Assembly (NCBI GenBank): GCA_040285825.1
Contig: JAUPSS010000002.1
Span: 1,674,001-1,738,000 of the forward strand
From: Eukaryota sp. TZLM1-RC
Taxonomy: Eukaryota; Protista; Metamonada: BaSk clade
DNA: 64,000 nucleotides
Direction: 5' to 3'
Shown here: piece by piece, positions 50,009-61,684 of the stretch
Layout: each line of letters begins with the position of its first letter
Position numbering within the stretch: the stretch's first letter is position 1
Made by a program: the position numbers and the translations under genes
Notes under the pieces: generated by a model
Seen by the model: only the letters and a program-made list of their open reading frames with translations
What the model was told of the DNA's origin: nothing
Database searches by the model: none

Positions 50009-50362
50009 ACACAGCTGGTTTTTATTGCTTTCCCATTTTCGATAAATGGAAGATTATCAGTTGAAGCAGAAACTTTTTTGAATGTCTTCCAAAAAATGGT
50101 GCAAGAAAAAACAATGAAAAGATTTATATAAGATTTATAAGATTTATTTATTTATTTTATATATATAAGATTTATTTTATGGCGTTCACGGATTCAATTT
50201 GCAATTATTAATAGATTACCTCGGTTTTTCAATCGAATAAGAGAAGCTTTAGCTAGACAGCAAGCAGATCAAGATTTTGTAGAGGAAATCTTGGTTCAAT
50301 GATAGTCGTCCCATTAGTTATGAGTTAATTTAATTAAGTGTGCAAATTCAATAAATAAAAAT
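50009..50362 (+). mobile_element. Family A short 3' fragment with TSD
   Basis: ttgtctccat at 49999-50008 and 50363-50372. Confidence 0.88.
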
Positions 50363-50994
50363 TTGTCTCCATCATATTGTCTTACTATTCAACATCAAAG
50401 CGGATAATTTTTAAAGATTCTGAAAATCTTCAAAAGGAAGAAAGTGAATCAGAAATTAATTTCACCATCCCCTTATAATTTGAAAACATATTCTTGCTTT
50501 GTCAGTGAGCACGATTCAAAAGTCGTCCAGTCCTTTCCTTTACAATTACACGGAAATCTTCAGAGAATCCCAGAGCAGCCTTATCTAAAGAACCGAGGAA
50601 ACAAAAAGCAAAGGGAAATAAATTATATTGGACATGAAAATTGTTAGTAACTGAAGAAAACTGTTTCGCGTATTTAGCAATTTTGTATTTTTCCCCAGCA
50701 AGAAGAGAATTATTGACATCAGACTAAGGCAAATGTTCCTAAAAACAACTACAAGGGTCAATGAACATGGCATCTCCACTGATGAAGCGTCCATTTGAGC
50801 CAAGAATCACCAAATCACCATTTGTCAGACCCATAGAAGCTTAAATGTCATGAGTACTACCAATGTTAGGGTCTTCGAGAATCAATTTAGATAACACTGG
50901 TTCTGAAACGGAAGCTATTCGATATGATTTGCATAAATTTGGTCTCCCACATCATTTTTTTGAGAGATTTTAATTTATTACTTTCAAAAAACTA

Positions 50995-52272
50995 AGAACA
51001 AAAATTAAAATTCTAAGTCCTCATATCCCAAATCAGCCAACAGAAATTGACTGGAAGTTTTTCCTTCATAAAAGCGACCAAGAGATAATAAGGCAGAAGA
51101 AAATAACGGAACAACACCTTTAAAATTTGAAAATACAATTCTGTTCTGCCAAAACGTTTTGTCAAAAAATTTTCCTGTACGTTTTTTTACAATTTCAACA
51201 AAATCATCCAAAAAAGATAAAGCAAGTGGCCCAAGCGTACCAGGTAAGGAAAAAGCAAATGGACAGAGGACATAATGAGTGTGAGATTCAGCATTCAAGG
51301 AAACCAACTTTGCTTCATATTTATCAATTTTAGAATTTTCGGCAACATTCAGCGGATTCTTTTGATTTGACTGAGCTAATGATTTGAAGGAATTATTACA
51401 CACATCAGTTGATCTCACATCAGTAATGATAGTGGTCCCATCAAGTCCTTCAAGCATTAAATCACCTCTGTTACGACCAAAAGAATTCAAAGTGTCCTCA
51501 TCAACCAAACGAGAAAGTAATAATTCCAAATAGGAGACAATTTTGTGAGACACAGACATACAATAGAGCTGATCTCTCTAACTGCACCATGGACTTTTGA
51601 TCGAACAGTAATAAAATGTTTACAGTTAAACAAATGATTTAGAGAAATTTTTGATCCACATTTGCAAACCAAATTATGAGGCACGTTATCAGGCCAAATA
51701 AAACATCGAAGGCGCATTGTACAAAAAAAGTAGTATCATCTAAAAGAAGACCATAAATTTGAGCAATTTGAGAAATTAAACAAGATGAAGAACTAATTTG
51801 AGCATCTAACAAAAAATTTGTGAAAGCGGGATTATCTTTATTGGCCGAGTAAAGACGAACAATAAAATACAAACCTTCACAAACTATTGTTAATTTTTGT
51901 TGCAATTTTTTAACACAATACCTAAAATCAACTAGTGTTCTAGGTGGTATTTCCTGCACATTATCGGGAAAGCATTCTCCAGATTTCAAGAGGCAAACAA
52001 TCAAGGGCATTTTCAAGGTCTCTAAAATAATTATTGCTTGTGGAATTCAATAAACTAACCTCGGTTTTTCAATCGAATTAGAGAAGCTTTAGCTAGACAG
52101 CAAGCAAATCAAGATTTTGTAGAGGAAATCTTGGTTTAATGATAGTCGCCCCATTAGTTATGATTTAATTTAATCAAGTGTGCAAATTCAATAAATACGA
52201 ATAAACTAACATCATTCGGAAAACGGTCACAAAATTCAAAAACAAAATTTTTCCCAATGAAAGCAGCTCGAC
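50995..52272 (-). mobile_element. Family E 3' fragment, interrupted by a 140-bp family A 3' end (52060-52199, plus)
   Basis: RNRGDLM..TDVRSTD..KIDKY; ends YEDLEF; aataaactaac duplicated at 52049-52059 and 52200-52210. Confidence 0.88.
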
Positions 52273-52311
52273 TCACATCATTGTGTACTACTTCCCGAAC
52301 TTTAGCGATGT

Positions 52312-52383
52312 GCCTCGGTGGTCTAGGGGTATGATTCTCGCTTAGGGTGCGAGAGGTCCCGGGTTCAAATCCCGGCCGAGGCC
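52312..52383 (+). tRNA. tRNA-Pro (anticodon AGG)
   Basis: Acceptor gcctcgg/ccgaggc, anticodon arm ctcgc-ttAGGgt-gcgag, T arm ccggg-ttcaaat-cccgg; T5 Pol III terminator follows. Confidence 0.97.
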
Positions 52384-52459
52384 TTTTTCGATGTTTATGT
52401 GATGTTCCTGTGTATCCTTTTGAGTATTTTATTTTTTTGATACATATTTTGTTCAAACA

Positions 52460-53054
52460 AAATTATTAAAAAAACTAAAAATCAATCTCCTCATACTCGA
52501 CATCTACTACAGAAAACTTACCTACAGCGTTTTCTTCATAAAATTTTCCTAGTGATAAAAACCAGCTAGAAACAAGACTATACATTCCCTCAAAAATAGA
52601 AAATACAATTCTGTTTTGCCAAAAGGTTCGGTCAATTATTCTTCCAGTTCTATTTTTGACAATAGATGAGAATTCGTCCAAGAAAAATAGCGCAGTTTTA
52701 CCCAAGGTTCCAAATAAAGAAAAAGCAAAAGGACAAAGAATGTATTGAGTATGTGAGTTGGAATTCAGATTATTTATTCTTTCTGTATACTTGATAATTT
52801 TCGCTTCTTCAGCTCTACATAAAGGTGAGTTATAAGAATGTACCATTTTTCATTTGAACTGTTTGATACATCAGTAGATCTGACATCAATAATGATCATT
52901 GATCCATCAAGTCCGGGAACTAGCACATCACCACAGCTGTCACCAAAAGAATTTCTGTCAGATTCATCAGCCAAATTTGAAAGCAAACGTTCTAAAAAAG
53001 ATTCAATCTTGTAGGATTTAAACATACAAAAAAGCTGATTACGAACTGCATCAT
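52460..53054 (-). mobile_element. Family G retroelement 3' part (continues at 56392-56833)
   Basis: GDVLVPG..IDVRSTD..KIIKY; ends YEEIDF; split at the HDAV motif by the family A insertion. Confidence 0.85.
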
Positions 53055-56000
53055 TTTTTTTTTCTTCCTCTACATATAACCGTTTAACTTAAAACCTGGC
53101 TGAACCGAGATGATTGCTTCTATTCTTTCTTGTTGATGTCTGAATCAGTTTCTGATTCTAATGGAGTCAAAAGAAAGAACGATAGTCAACAAGATGCTCA
53201 AGACGTCCTTTCCACCTCTCCTCCTCAACCTCTTCTCTCTTCATTTTTGGACAAAAAAAATTCTGATCAAGAATTTTTAGACAATCACGATGAAAAAACA
53301 GTTTGTTCAAAAACAAAGCCACGCTCCTACAGATGCTCAAAGTGTCGACAACAGGGACATAATGCTCGAACATGCCCCAATGTTGGAAAAAATGATGCTG
53401 CAAATTCTGAAACAAAATGTAAAAGAAAATTTATTAGAAGGAAAGAGTCTAAGGTAGAACCCATAAATAATGCTCCACAAGTTGTTGCAAAACCAGTTAG
53501 CAATCGATTGAAGCACAAAACTTGCAACACTTGTGGTATTTCTTTTAGAAAAAATGCAAAAGGAAAAACTTCTGATCGCTGCTTGAAATGCCGCATAGTT
53601 GATAACTACCATCCTCCTATAAGAATACCTCAAGAAATTCATCCGACCAAATGCAATGAATTTGCTTTCGTTTTTCAAAGATTTTTGGATCAATTATGTA
53701 AAGGAAAGTATGCTATCAATATTATTTGGGAATTTTTTGGTTCTTTTTGTCCTCCTTTTGAACAAAATTTCGTTAATATTTCCGAAGATTTAACCAATAT
53801 AGCACCGAGAAATCAGTCATCCGAGAAATTAAGTAAAATTTTTGAAGACAAATGCTTTGACAACAAATGGTCCAAGGCTTTGTCAGCTTTAAGTCCCGGA
53901 GTCAAAGCACCGAACAATGAAAATACAGTAGATAAACTGAAAATACTTCATCCTTATGAAGACCCTGTTATGGATCAAAATTTTTACGGCACATACTGGG
54001 AAAATTATCCATTGATGCCATCAGAAGTTTTTTCGGTTATCAAAAAGAGACCTCGTGGTAAGTCTGCCGGACTTTCTGGTATTACTATTGATCATGTAAA
54101 AGCCGCGATTATTTCTTCAGAAGATTGCCTTGGTTTATTGACCAAATTTTTCAACCAAATATTATCTGGTCAACGCAAGTACCCAGAAGAATTAAGAAGT
54201 CCTCGTTTGACTGCACTTGTCAAAAATTCAAAAATGGATGTTCGTCCTATTGCAGTCTCTGAGAGCTTACATAATATTTTTTCTGCGTGTTGCTTAAGCA
54301 GGTTCAATGAAAAAGCTAAAAAGATTTTATTACCCTTTCAATATGGTATAAATACTACAGATGGAGTCTCTTCAGCGATTTTTGCTACTGATGTCTTATT
54401 TCGTCAAAATGAATCCAATGTTTGCATGTCATTGGATTTTAGTAATGCTTTCAATTCGCTAAGTCGTCGCAGTATCCATGGTGCTCTATTGCAATATATG
54501 CCAGAATTAATACCATATTTTCAATCAACATATTGCACATATTCTAATTTACATTTTGGTAACAACATTTTGATTTCATCAAGTGGCGTAAAGCAAGGAG
54601 ATCCGTTAGGACCTCTTTTGTTTTGTTTGGCCATTCATCCTATTCTACTGCAAATTCAAGAGATGTTTCCTTCACTAAAAATGATTGCATATATGGATGA
54701 TGTTGTGCTTATTGGTGAATTAAATATTGTGAAAAAAAGCAACTGTATGTTTTAAAGAATTATTTACCAAAATTGGTCTCCGACTTAATTTACTTAAATG
54801 TGTTTTGTTATCGAATTCTCCAGTTTCCACAATAATTGATGATATTGATATTCAAGCCAAATTATATTCAATTGATGCTATTCGTCATTTGGGTTCGTTT
54901 TTAGGAAATAATGATAAAATTACCAAAAAAATTGTTTGAAAAGTTGAACTCAATTTCTGACAAAATTGACCGAATGATGAATTTAGATATAAAAAAACAC
55001 ATCAAATTTACCATTATAAGACTGTGTTTTAGTTCCAATTTTAATCATATATTTCGATCTACAAATCCTCTCGTCACTAGACCTTTGGCTCAAAAAGTTT
55101 AATGAGTTACGTGCAAAAGTTCTGTCTCAATTACTGGGATGTAAAATGTTTCAAATTCCAGATCATGCTTACCTTAGTCCACAATATGGTGGTTTAGGGT
55201 GGACGAAGGCTTCTATTCTTACCTCGTGTGCTTTTTGTTGGTGGATGCAGAAATGCAATCTTTGAGTTCTCCGAAAGATTTGCAGATTGGGAAGATTTAT
55301 TGATGACAACGCAAAGTTCCACTGTTTTTGCATTAAATGAAGAAATTTCAAGAATTGATGTAGAAAAATGGGGTCGATGTTTTCCCCAATCATTCAATGG
55401 CAATATTCCAGAAAAAAATGTTTTAAATTTGAAGTACACTCTTCGAACATTACAGAAAAGATTGACTGGAATGTATGAAAAAGATCTTTATAATAATATT
55501 TGCAGCTCGGCTGTTTTAAATCAAGATCTTCACTCATTGTTATTGGAAAGGGTGTTTGTGAAAACAAGGTGTCAGATTCTTCACTTTTTGTAACCATTGT
55601 ACCACGAAGATTTGGATTGTGTGCTACTAATGAAGCATTTGTAACAAAAATGAGATTATATTTGAACATCCCCATTAACCAATTATTATCAAAAGAAAAA
55701 TGTATTTGTTCGAATTCACCTCAACTCACTTTGCGCCATGCTCTAAATTGCTCTAAATTGATAACTTATCGTTCTTCATTACATGATGCTGTTAGAGACA
55801 CTGTTTTCAATATGGCACAAACTGCAAGGATATCGTGTATCAAAGAGCCCCTGCTGAAAGAAACACTTTCTCTGAATAATTTTGGTTCTGATGATAGAGG
55901 TGATGTATACTGTGATTGGATTGATAATTCTGAAGCTATTGTTGACTTTTGTCTCATGTAATGTTGCAAACGATACTTTGGTTCACAGAAGAAAACTTAA

Positions 56001-56391
56001 TCCTGTGGCTGCTCTGGATTTTAAAGCAAAGAAAAACATAGAAAATATGATAAAGAAATTGAAGATGCAAATATCGATAGAAATACACAGCTGGTTTTTA
56101 TTGCTTTTCCATTTTCGATAAATGGAAGATTATCAGTTGAAGCAGAAACTTTTTTGGATGACTTCCAAAAAATGGTGAAAGAAAAAACAATGAAAAGATT
56201 TGATATTTTTTTATGGCGTTCACGGATTCAATTTGCCATTATTAATAGATTACCGCGGTTTTTCAATCAAATTAGAGAAGCTTTAGCTAGACAGCAAGCA
56301 AATCAAGATTTTGTAGAGGAAATCTTGGTTTAATGATAGTCGTCCCATTAGTTATGATTTAATTTAATTAAGTGTGCAAATTCAATAAATT
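53055..56391 (+). mobile_element. Full-length family A non-LTR retrotransposon (zinc knuckle, RT, CCHC, RLE; CRE/SLACS-like)
   Basis: ATG 53136 to TAA 56333. CSKCRQQGHNARTC, RPIAVSE, LDFSNAFNS, GVKQGDPLGPLLF, YMDD, RGDVYCD..VDF..KHRKY. TSD aactgcatcat at 53044-53054 and 56392-56402. Confidence 0.95.
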
Positions 56392-56833
56392 AACTGCATC
56401 ATGCACTTTTGATCTAAAAGTAATAAATCGATAACAATTAAATAAATGGGTTGGTGTGACAGATTTTCCACATTTACAAATAAATCCATGCAAAAGCGGG
56501 ATTTCTTTGCTTGGCCATGCCAAGACGTACCTCATTATCCAAGCCTTCAAAAATTACTGTCAGTTTTTGTTGAAGCTTCTTCACACAATACCTTAAATTA
56601 ACTAAATTTCGTGGAGGAATCTCTTGAACTGAGTCGGGAAAACATCCCAAATTTGTGGTGCAATTTTATTAATGGCAACATGAAGGTCATACAAATATTT
56701 TGAAAATGAAGGAGTAAGCAAATGAATATCTTCAGGGAAAGGATTAAGAAATTCAAAAATAAATTTTTGCCACCACCAATAACAGCTGCTTGACAAACAA
56801 TTGAGGATTTGGTAAAGCCAACACCACCAAATT
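56392..56833 (-). mobile_element. Family G retroelement, upstream part
   Basis: GGVGFTKSS..CKCG..HLFNC..KVHDAV joins 53054 via the TSD. Confidence 0.8.
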
Positions 56834-57224
56834 GTGAAGAAAAAGTATTTTATTGTGTGTCTTTTATGTTGCTATCTTTGCTGGCTATCTAACCTCTTTT
56901 ACACCAACAAGCTCACCAGAAACACTGCCTTTATCGCGTCTTCAAATCACACCTTAAACGAAGACAATGAAAAAGGATTGAATCAATTAGCAAAAAATGT
57001 CAGTTTAATCAGTACTTATTCCCAAGATTGTGAGTTAATAAAAAATAAAAATTGGATGAATTCAATTTTTCATAGCTTTATTGTAGTAAAATAATTCAAA
57101 GGATGAGGTGAATGCTATTGAATTTAAATCATCACGTTGCACTGTGCAACAATATCCCCAATCTTTTGTCAAATCAGTCATCACAATTAATAATTTTTTA
57201 AACTTAATTTTTTTAAAAACTGGA

Positions 57225-57404
57225 ATATTTATTGAGATAAAAAAACCCATCTAGAATTCAATATCCTCCAAACAAGCGTCACTATTACTGAACCTACTCA
57301 CAGCATTACGTTCATATTCTACACCAATAGCTAAAAGTGCCTTTGAAATCATTGTTGGAATAGACTTGAAAATGCAAAAAACAATTCTATTAACCAGAAA
57401 GTGG
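57225..57404 (-). mobile_element. Family C 3' end
   Basis: Matches 61690-61870 (..CLEDIEF). Confidence 0.85.
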
Positions 57405-58304
57405 AGAAACTTAATAGTGCAAAGTTTGCAACCACTGAGAACTATTTGGATGATTTGGATGTTGAATTTCTGTCATCAAAGCACAAAGTACATATTTACT
57501 TTGGTAAAAGTGATTTACTTTATTTTTGTAGTCAAAAAAGATTCAAACTCAATGCAAAAGACCAATCAAAAAGAGATAAACAATATGAGTGGCTGAGATT
57601 AACAGAATTGCAGTGGTCAAGGGTGTTGAGAGTTCACCAAAAATTCAGAAAATTGAAAAAGAAAGAGTTTAGTTAGCAAAATGGAATCACAGTGGAACAT
57701 ACAGAAGGTACAATAACAAAAGAATCATCAAAATCTTTTATTTATAACAATTTCTATTCTTATGTTGCTTCCAAGCTGACAAACATGACAATTAAAGTTG
57801 ATTACTACTGTTTAATGATATGGCGCATTCAAAAAATGCAAAGATATGTCCATCATCAGAAAACAGGGGCTAAGTTATTAAAAAGAATGGATGAAAAACA
57901 ATGGAAGCAAGAAGACACTATCCTAATGTTTGGTGACAATGGCAATAAGACAAAGAATTTAAAGCATCATCAATCAAGTAGAGGAGTTGGATGGAGAAAT
58001 TTCTTTTAGAGCAATGGTTATACAGTATTTTTAGTTGATGAAAGAAACAAATCTTCAAAGTGCCCAACTTGTTATAACTCAGTTAATGTGTTTCTTGATG
58101 TTGAGAATCCTGGGCCATGGATGAGAGAGAAGTGCCCTACTAAGAAATGTCATGCTTTGATGTCGATATGATGTTTGTAGAGAAGAGTGTGAAGGAAAGG
58201 ATAAGGTATGGAATCGTAACAAGTTAGCATGTATCAAAACCAAGGCAATTGTAGATTATTTTGCAGAGGATAGTGTTGGTGAGAGGCCTGCATATTTGTT
58301 ATAA
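57405..58304 (+). pseudogene. Fanzor family Fz-c, RuvC half, decayed
   Basis: HIYFGKSDLLYFC (degenerate RuvC-I), MFGDNG..RGVGWR, FLVDERNKSSKCPTC, VWNRNKLA, ERPAYLL*. Confidence 0.82.
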
Positions 58305-58513
58305 GTTATAGCCTTTTACTACAGTGAATCTGTTGCATTTTTGGATTTTCCCATGACTACTTCTTATTGTCAATAAAAGCAATAGTTGTGAGAATCTGAA
58401 CGGTTCTTCTAAAATAATAAGAAATATACTAAAAAAGAACTATGACTGGAGAATGTATATAAAGTTGAGATTTTGCATGTTATACAACTAAATATTTATT
58501 ATCAACCAACTAA

Positions 58514-60159
58514 TTAGCACATACTACCTTTAAAAGTTTTTAAAACCCAATCAAAGTTAAACGTATCGGGTTGTCCTTCATGCAAGTCTTTAAACTCAGG
58601 TCTTTTGCTCCAAGAAAATGGTTCTCTTTTACCACTCCAGGTAGGTCCTGAAATAATGTCCATGGCAAGAGTCTTTGGGGAGCTAAGTCTCATTACCTTT
58701 GCATCAATTGCTCCGTGCGCTCTGGGATTCTCCTTGTCTAAATCGTACCTGGATGCAATGGCATTCTTGGGGGATCCGAGTGAGAGGGGATCTGTTTCAA
58801 AGTTGTTGGATCGCATCAATTCCTTAAACATTAAGTAGTTAGAAACCTTTGGTGCATCACGAGCAAATATTCTAGCTCTAGGACACTTGTCATAGTCGTA
58901 TTGATCACCGTATTTCTTCTTCAATTCGGGATAACCAGCTTGATTATAGATAACTTTACTGAAAGGAATGTTATAACTTGGCCTGGGGTTAGCGTTGGGA
59001 CTGAAAACCTACCAATAACCTTGCCTACGGACTACAGATGACACGTCCTCCACATGTGTCATTCCTGGAAGCTGTTCAATAATGTAAAAAGACAGTCCCA
59101 TTAGCCCTCGACCAGGAACGAACCCATTAGTGTCAACTACCATCCATTGATTACAATAAGTCCCTGAATTGTACTTTCGAAACATTTGAGTCCAATTCTC
59201 TGGAGACTGAGCAGATCTCAAAGCAATCATAGCCCGAGCCCAGGTGAGTACAGTCTTATGCACAATGTTGTGGTAAAGGTCAGGATTGTTCATTGAAATG
59301 GTTGTTTCTTGAACAACAAGCCCAGTGCTGGTGACATAGGCATCGTCTTTGGAGAAGAGGTAGCCAGGCTTGGAGGTGAACGCAAACTTCCTATTGCGAG
59401 ATTTGCTGGGATTCAAACCAAGAGAGAAGGTCTTGTGCAACCTAAGCATGGCTCCATAGTAGGTCCTAATGTTAAAAATGGAAGGGAGAGGACATACCAA
59501 GTATTGTGGGAAATCCAAATATCACTGAGGTCGGGCGCTACTCTGATCAAAGCAGAACAGGAGTGACTGACAGACAACTCTTCCTCGGTCTGAGGCATTG
59601 AAGTGATGTTGAGGCTAGGCATCAGTTCATACAAATCACCTTCAGCAGTGATGATCAACATCTCAATGAAGGGAAGGTTCTGATCCTTCGGTGCAGCGGT
59701 GTTATAACCTTCTACCATGCCATCAAGTTGGTTCAGAGTTAGACCAACTTGATACCAGAAAAGATCAGTGTCCACATAGTGACCAACCATAGCCCTTTGC
59801 CATTCGGTTTGTTGTTGGAGAAAATCTATCAATTTCTGTGGAGTACCGTTTTCAAAACCATTGGTATGATCCCACATGTTGAGTTTATATTGATAAATGC
59901 GTTTTTGGGTAAGAAAGCCTTCTACCAGACCGACAGCCCTCATTTGAAGTTCATCGGAATAAGCAGAATTTGATTCGACTGTGAGGAATCCCCATCCATT
60001 AGAAGAGATAGTATCATTGTAGGAAGCAAAAGCAACGCTTGAGTGACGACATTCCAATCCTTCTCGGACAAGTAACTTATCGTTTTCAAATACAACAGAC
60101 GCATAACGAAGATTGGCGACAGCACAAGTAGCTGCTAAAAGAAGTATAAAGAACCGCAT
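58514..60159 (-). CDS. Phospholipase B-like (PLBD/LAMA) protein; introns 59466-59497 and 58983-59012
   Basis: Signal peptide; HSCSALIR, SHNTW|TYYGAMLR, NSGTYCNQW, GYW|PSYNIP restored by GT-AG splicing. Confidence 0.93.
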
Positions 60160-60227
60160 TAGAGAACCAAGTGTGTCAATAATAATTTTTTTCAAGGATT
60201 TTATTACTATCAAAACACACTTCTGGC

Positions 60228-61560
60228 TTTTGACCAATTCAGGCAATCTTGATAGACGTTAAGCACACTTTAGATCTATCACTATATGATATCACGATCA
60301 AACAATAGTTAAAGCAGCAACATCACAATACGCATACAGGTACGCAATACATGGAAAAACACTTATCTACGGGGTCTCCGGAACGCCTCAGGTCTTTCAT
60401 TGTAGTAGTGCTCACTTATGGCAATCTCCAGCTGGTTTCTAGAGGCTGAGATGTCCCTCGACCAGAGTGTCTGACATTGATTGCAAACAAACTTATCATT
60501 GTGCACCCTCCCATCATCGTGATACAATTTTTGATTGAATACCTTACAGCAATTCGTTTTGGCAGGTGTGTAGAATTCATCTCCATTAGGCTTCACATAT
60601 GTAAAATGTTTCTGAATCTCCTTCAAAGAGCGCTTCCTTGGGGTTTTCACAGCTTGTCTTGATGCCCCATCACCTCCACTGCCAAACCAAAGTATGGTTT
60701 CTCTTCCATTAGCTATTAGTTTAATTTTTTCAATAAATCCCATTATTTTTTTGCCTTCTTATAAAAAAATCAAACTTGTTGCGGCGCAGGACTCGGCGAT
60801 CTCCATTTATCAGCAGTTGGTCTAATAAAGTTCTCGGACGGAAGCCGGGAATCCTGATTTCTTCCAGTATCCGTACTCATGCCATTGGCGTTGCTATTTC
60901 ATACAGATATTCGCGGGAATTCTGTACGAAATAGCAACTTGGTGATGCATGGGTCAAGACAGGTGGTTGAATGATCTTCTTTGCCTTTGGATTTAGAACA
61001 AGGCCTGAAAGTTGATGGTCAACATTGTTATTATCTATTCTTGATCCAATTGAATACCCACACAAATTTTTGTGGTTAGGATGAATTGCACAAAATGAGT
61101 ATTCAATTGGATCAACGGGAGGAGGCTCGTAGACGTCATCAGTTCTTCGACGTTGGCTATCACGAACCTGTTGTTGAAGTCTGGAGTTTCGCTTTCGACT
61201 TTTAGCAGGCATATCGTGTTGTCCACTGGCTCTGGCGGTTTCAAATTCTCTGGCTGAGCGGCGATTCTTGGTTGTCTTAGCAGCTGTTGAGAATGTAACC
61301 CTGACAGATGTACCATCTGATGCAAGGGTATAACGTGGGAAAGTATTTTGGTTGAAGAGCTTGAATGGGTTCCTCAATAGTTGACGGTTTGGATTGAAAC
61401 GCAAGAAGTGTTCTTCAAGTTGTTGACTGAAAGAAATAAAACCTGCTGAGTAGCTTGTGGATGGAGAAAGAATGTGTCTTCATTGTTTCACCCGCCACGT
61501 TCTCGAGGAAGCACAAAATACGGAGACCGGCGAAGAATCTAAAAGTCATCGATTCAGCGT
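60228..61560 (-). mobile_element. Fanzor family Fz-a remnant with conserved 3' non-coding end (60228-60291)
   Basis: ASDGTSV, CAIHPNHKNL, LWFGSG, GDEFYT, CNQC..WSRDISASRN; homologous to 44330-45395. Confidence 0.82.
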
Positions 61561-61684
61561 TTTTTGGATGTCAGTTTCTTCTAAGAGTTGTATTACAGTT
61601 GTATTAGATTATTTGTCACCACTCTGTTTTCCTTTTGTTTTATTGATGTACATACTTTAATAAACTTCCACACTTTTTTTAACT

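Noticed and set aside
52154-52456. 100-aa ORF
   Set aside because: It is the antisense of tRNA-Pro plus retroelement fragments.
52272-52460. tRNA-targeted retroelement insertion
   Set aside because: Flanking E and G copies end 40-80 bp away, the tRNA is intact, and another E copy has no adjacent tRNA.
4623-56391. Prokaryotic RT systems (retron, DGR, group II intron)
   Set aside because: The RT is followed by CCHC and RLE domains, with 5' truncations, AATAAA ends and TSDs, in a spliceosomal-intron context.
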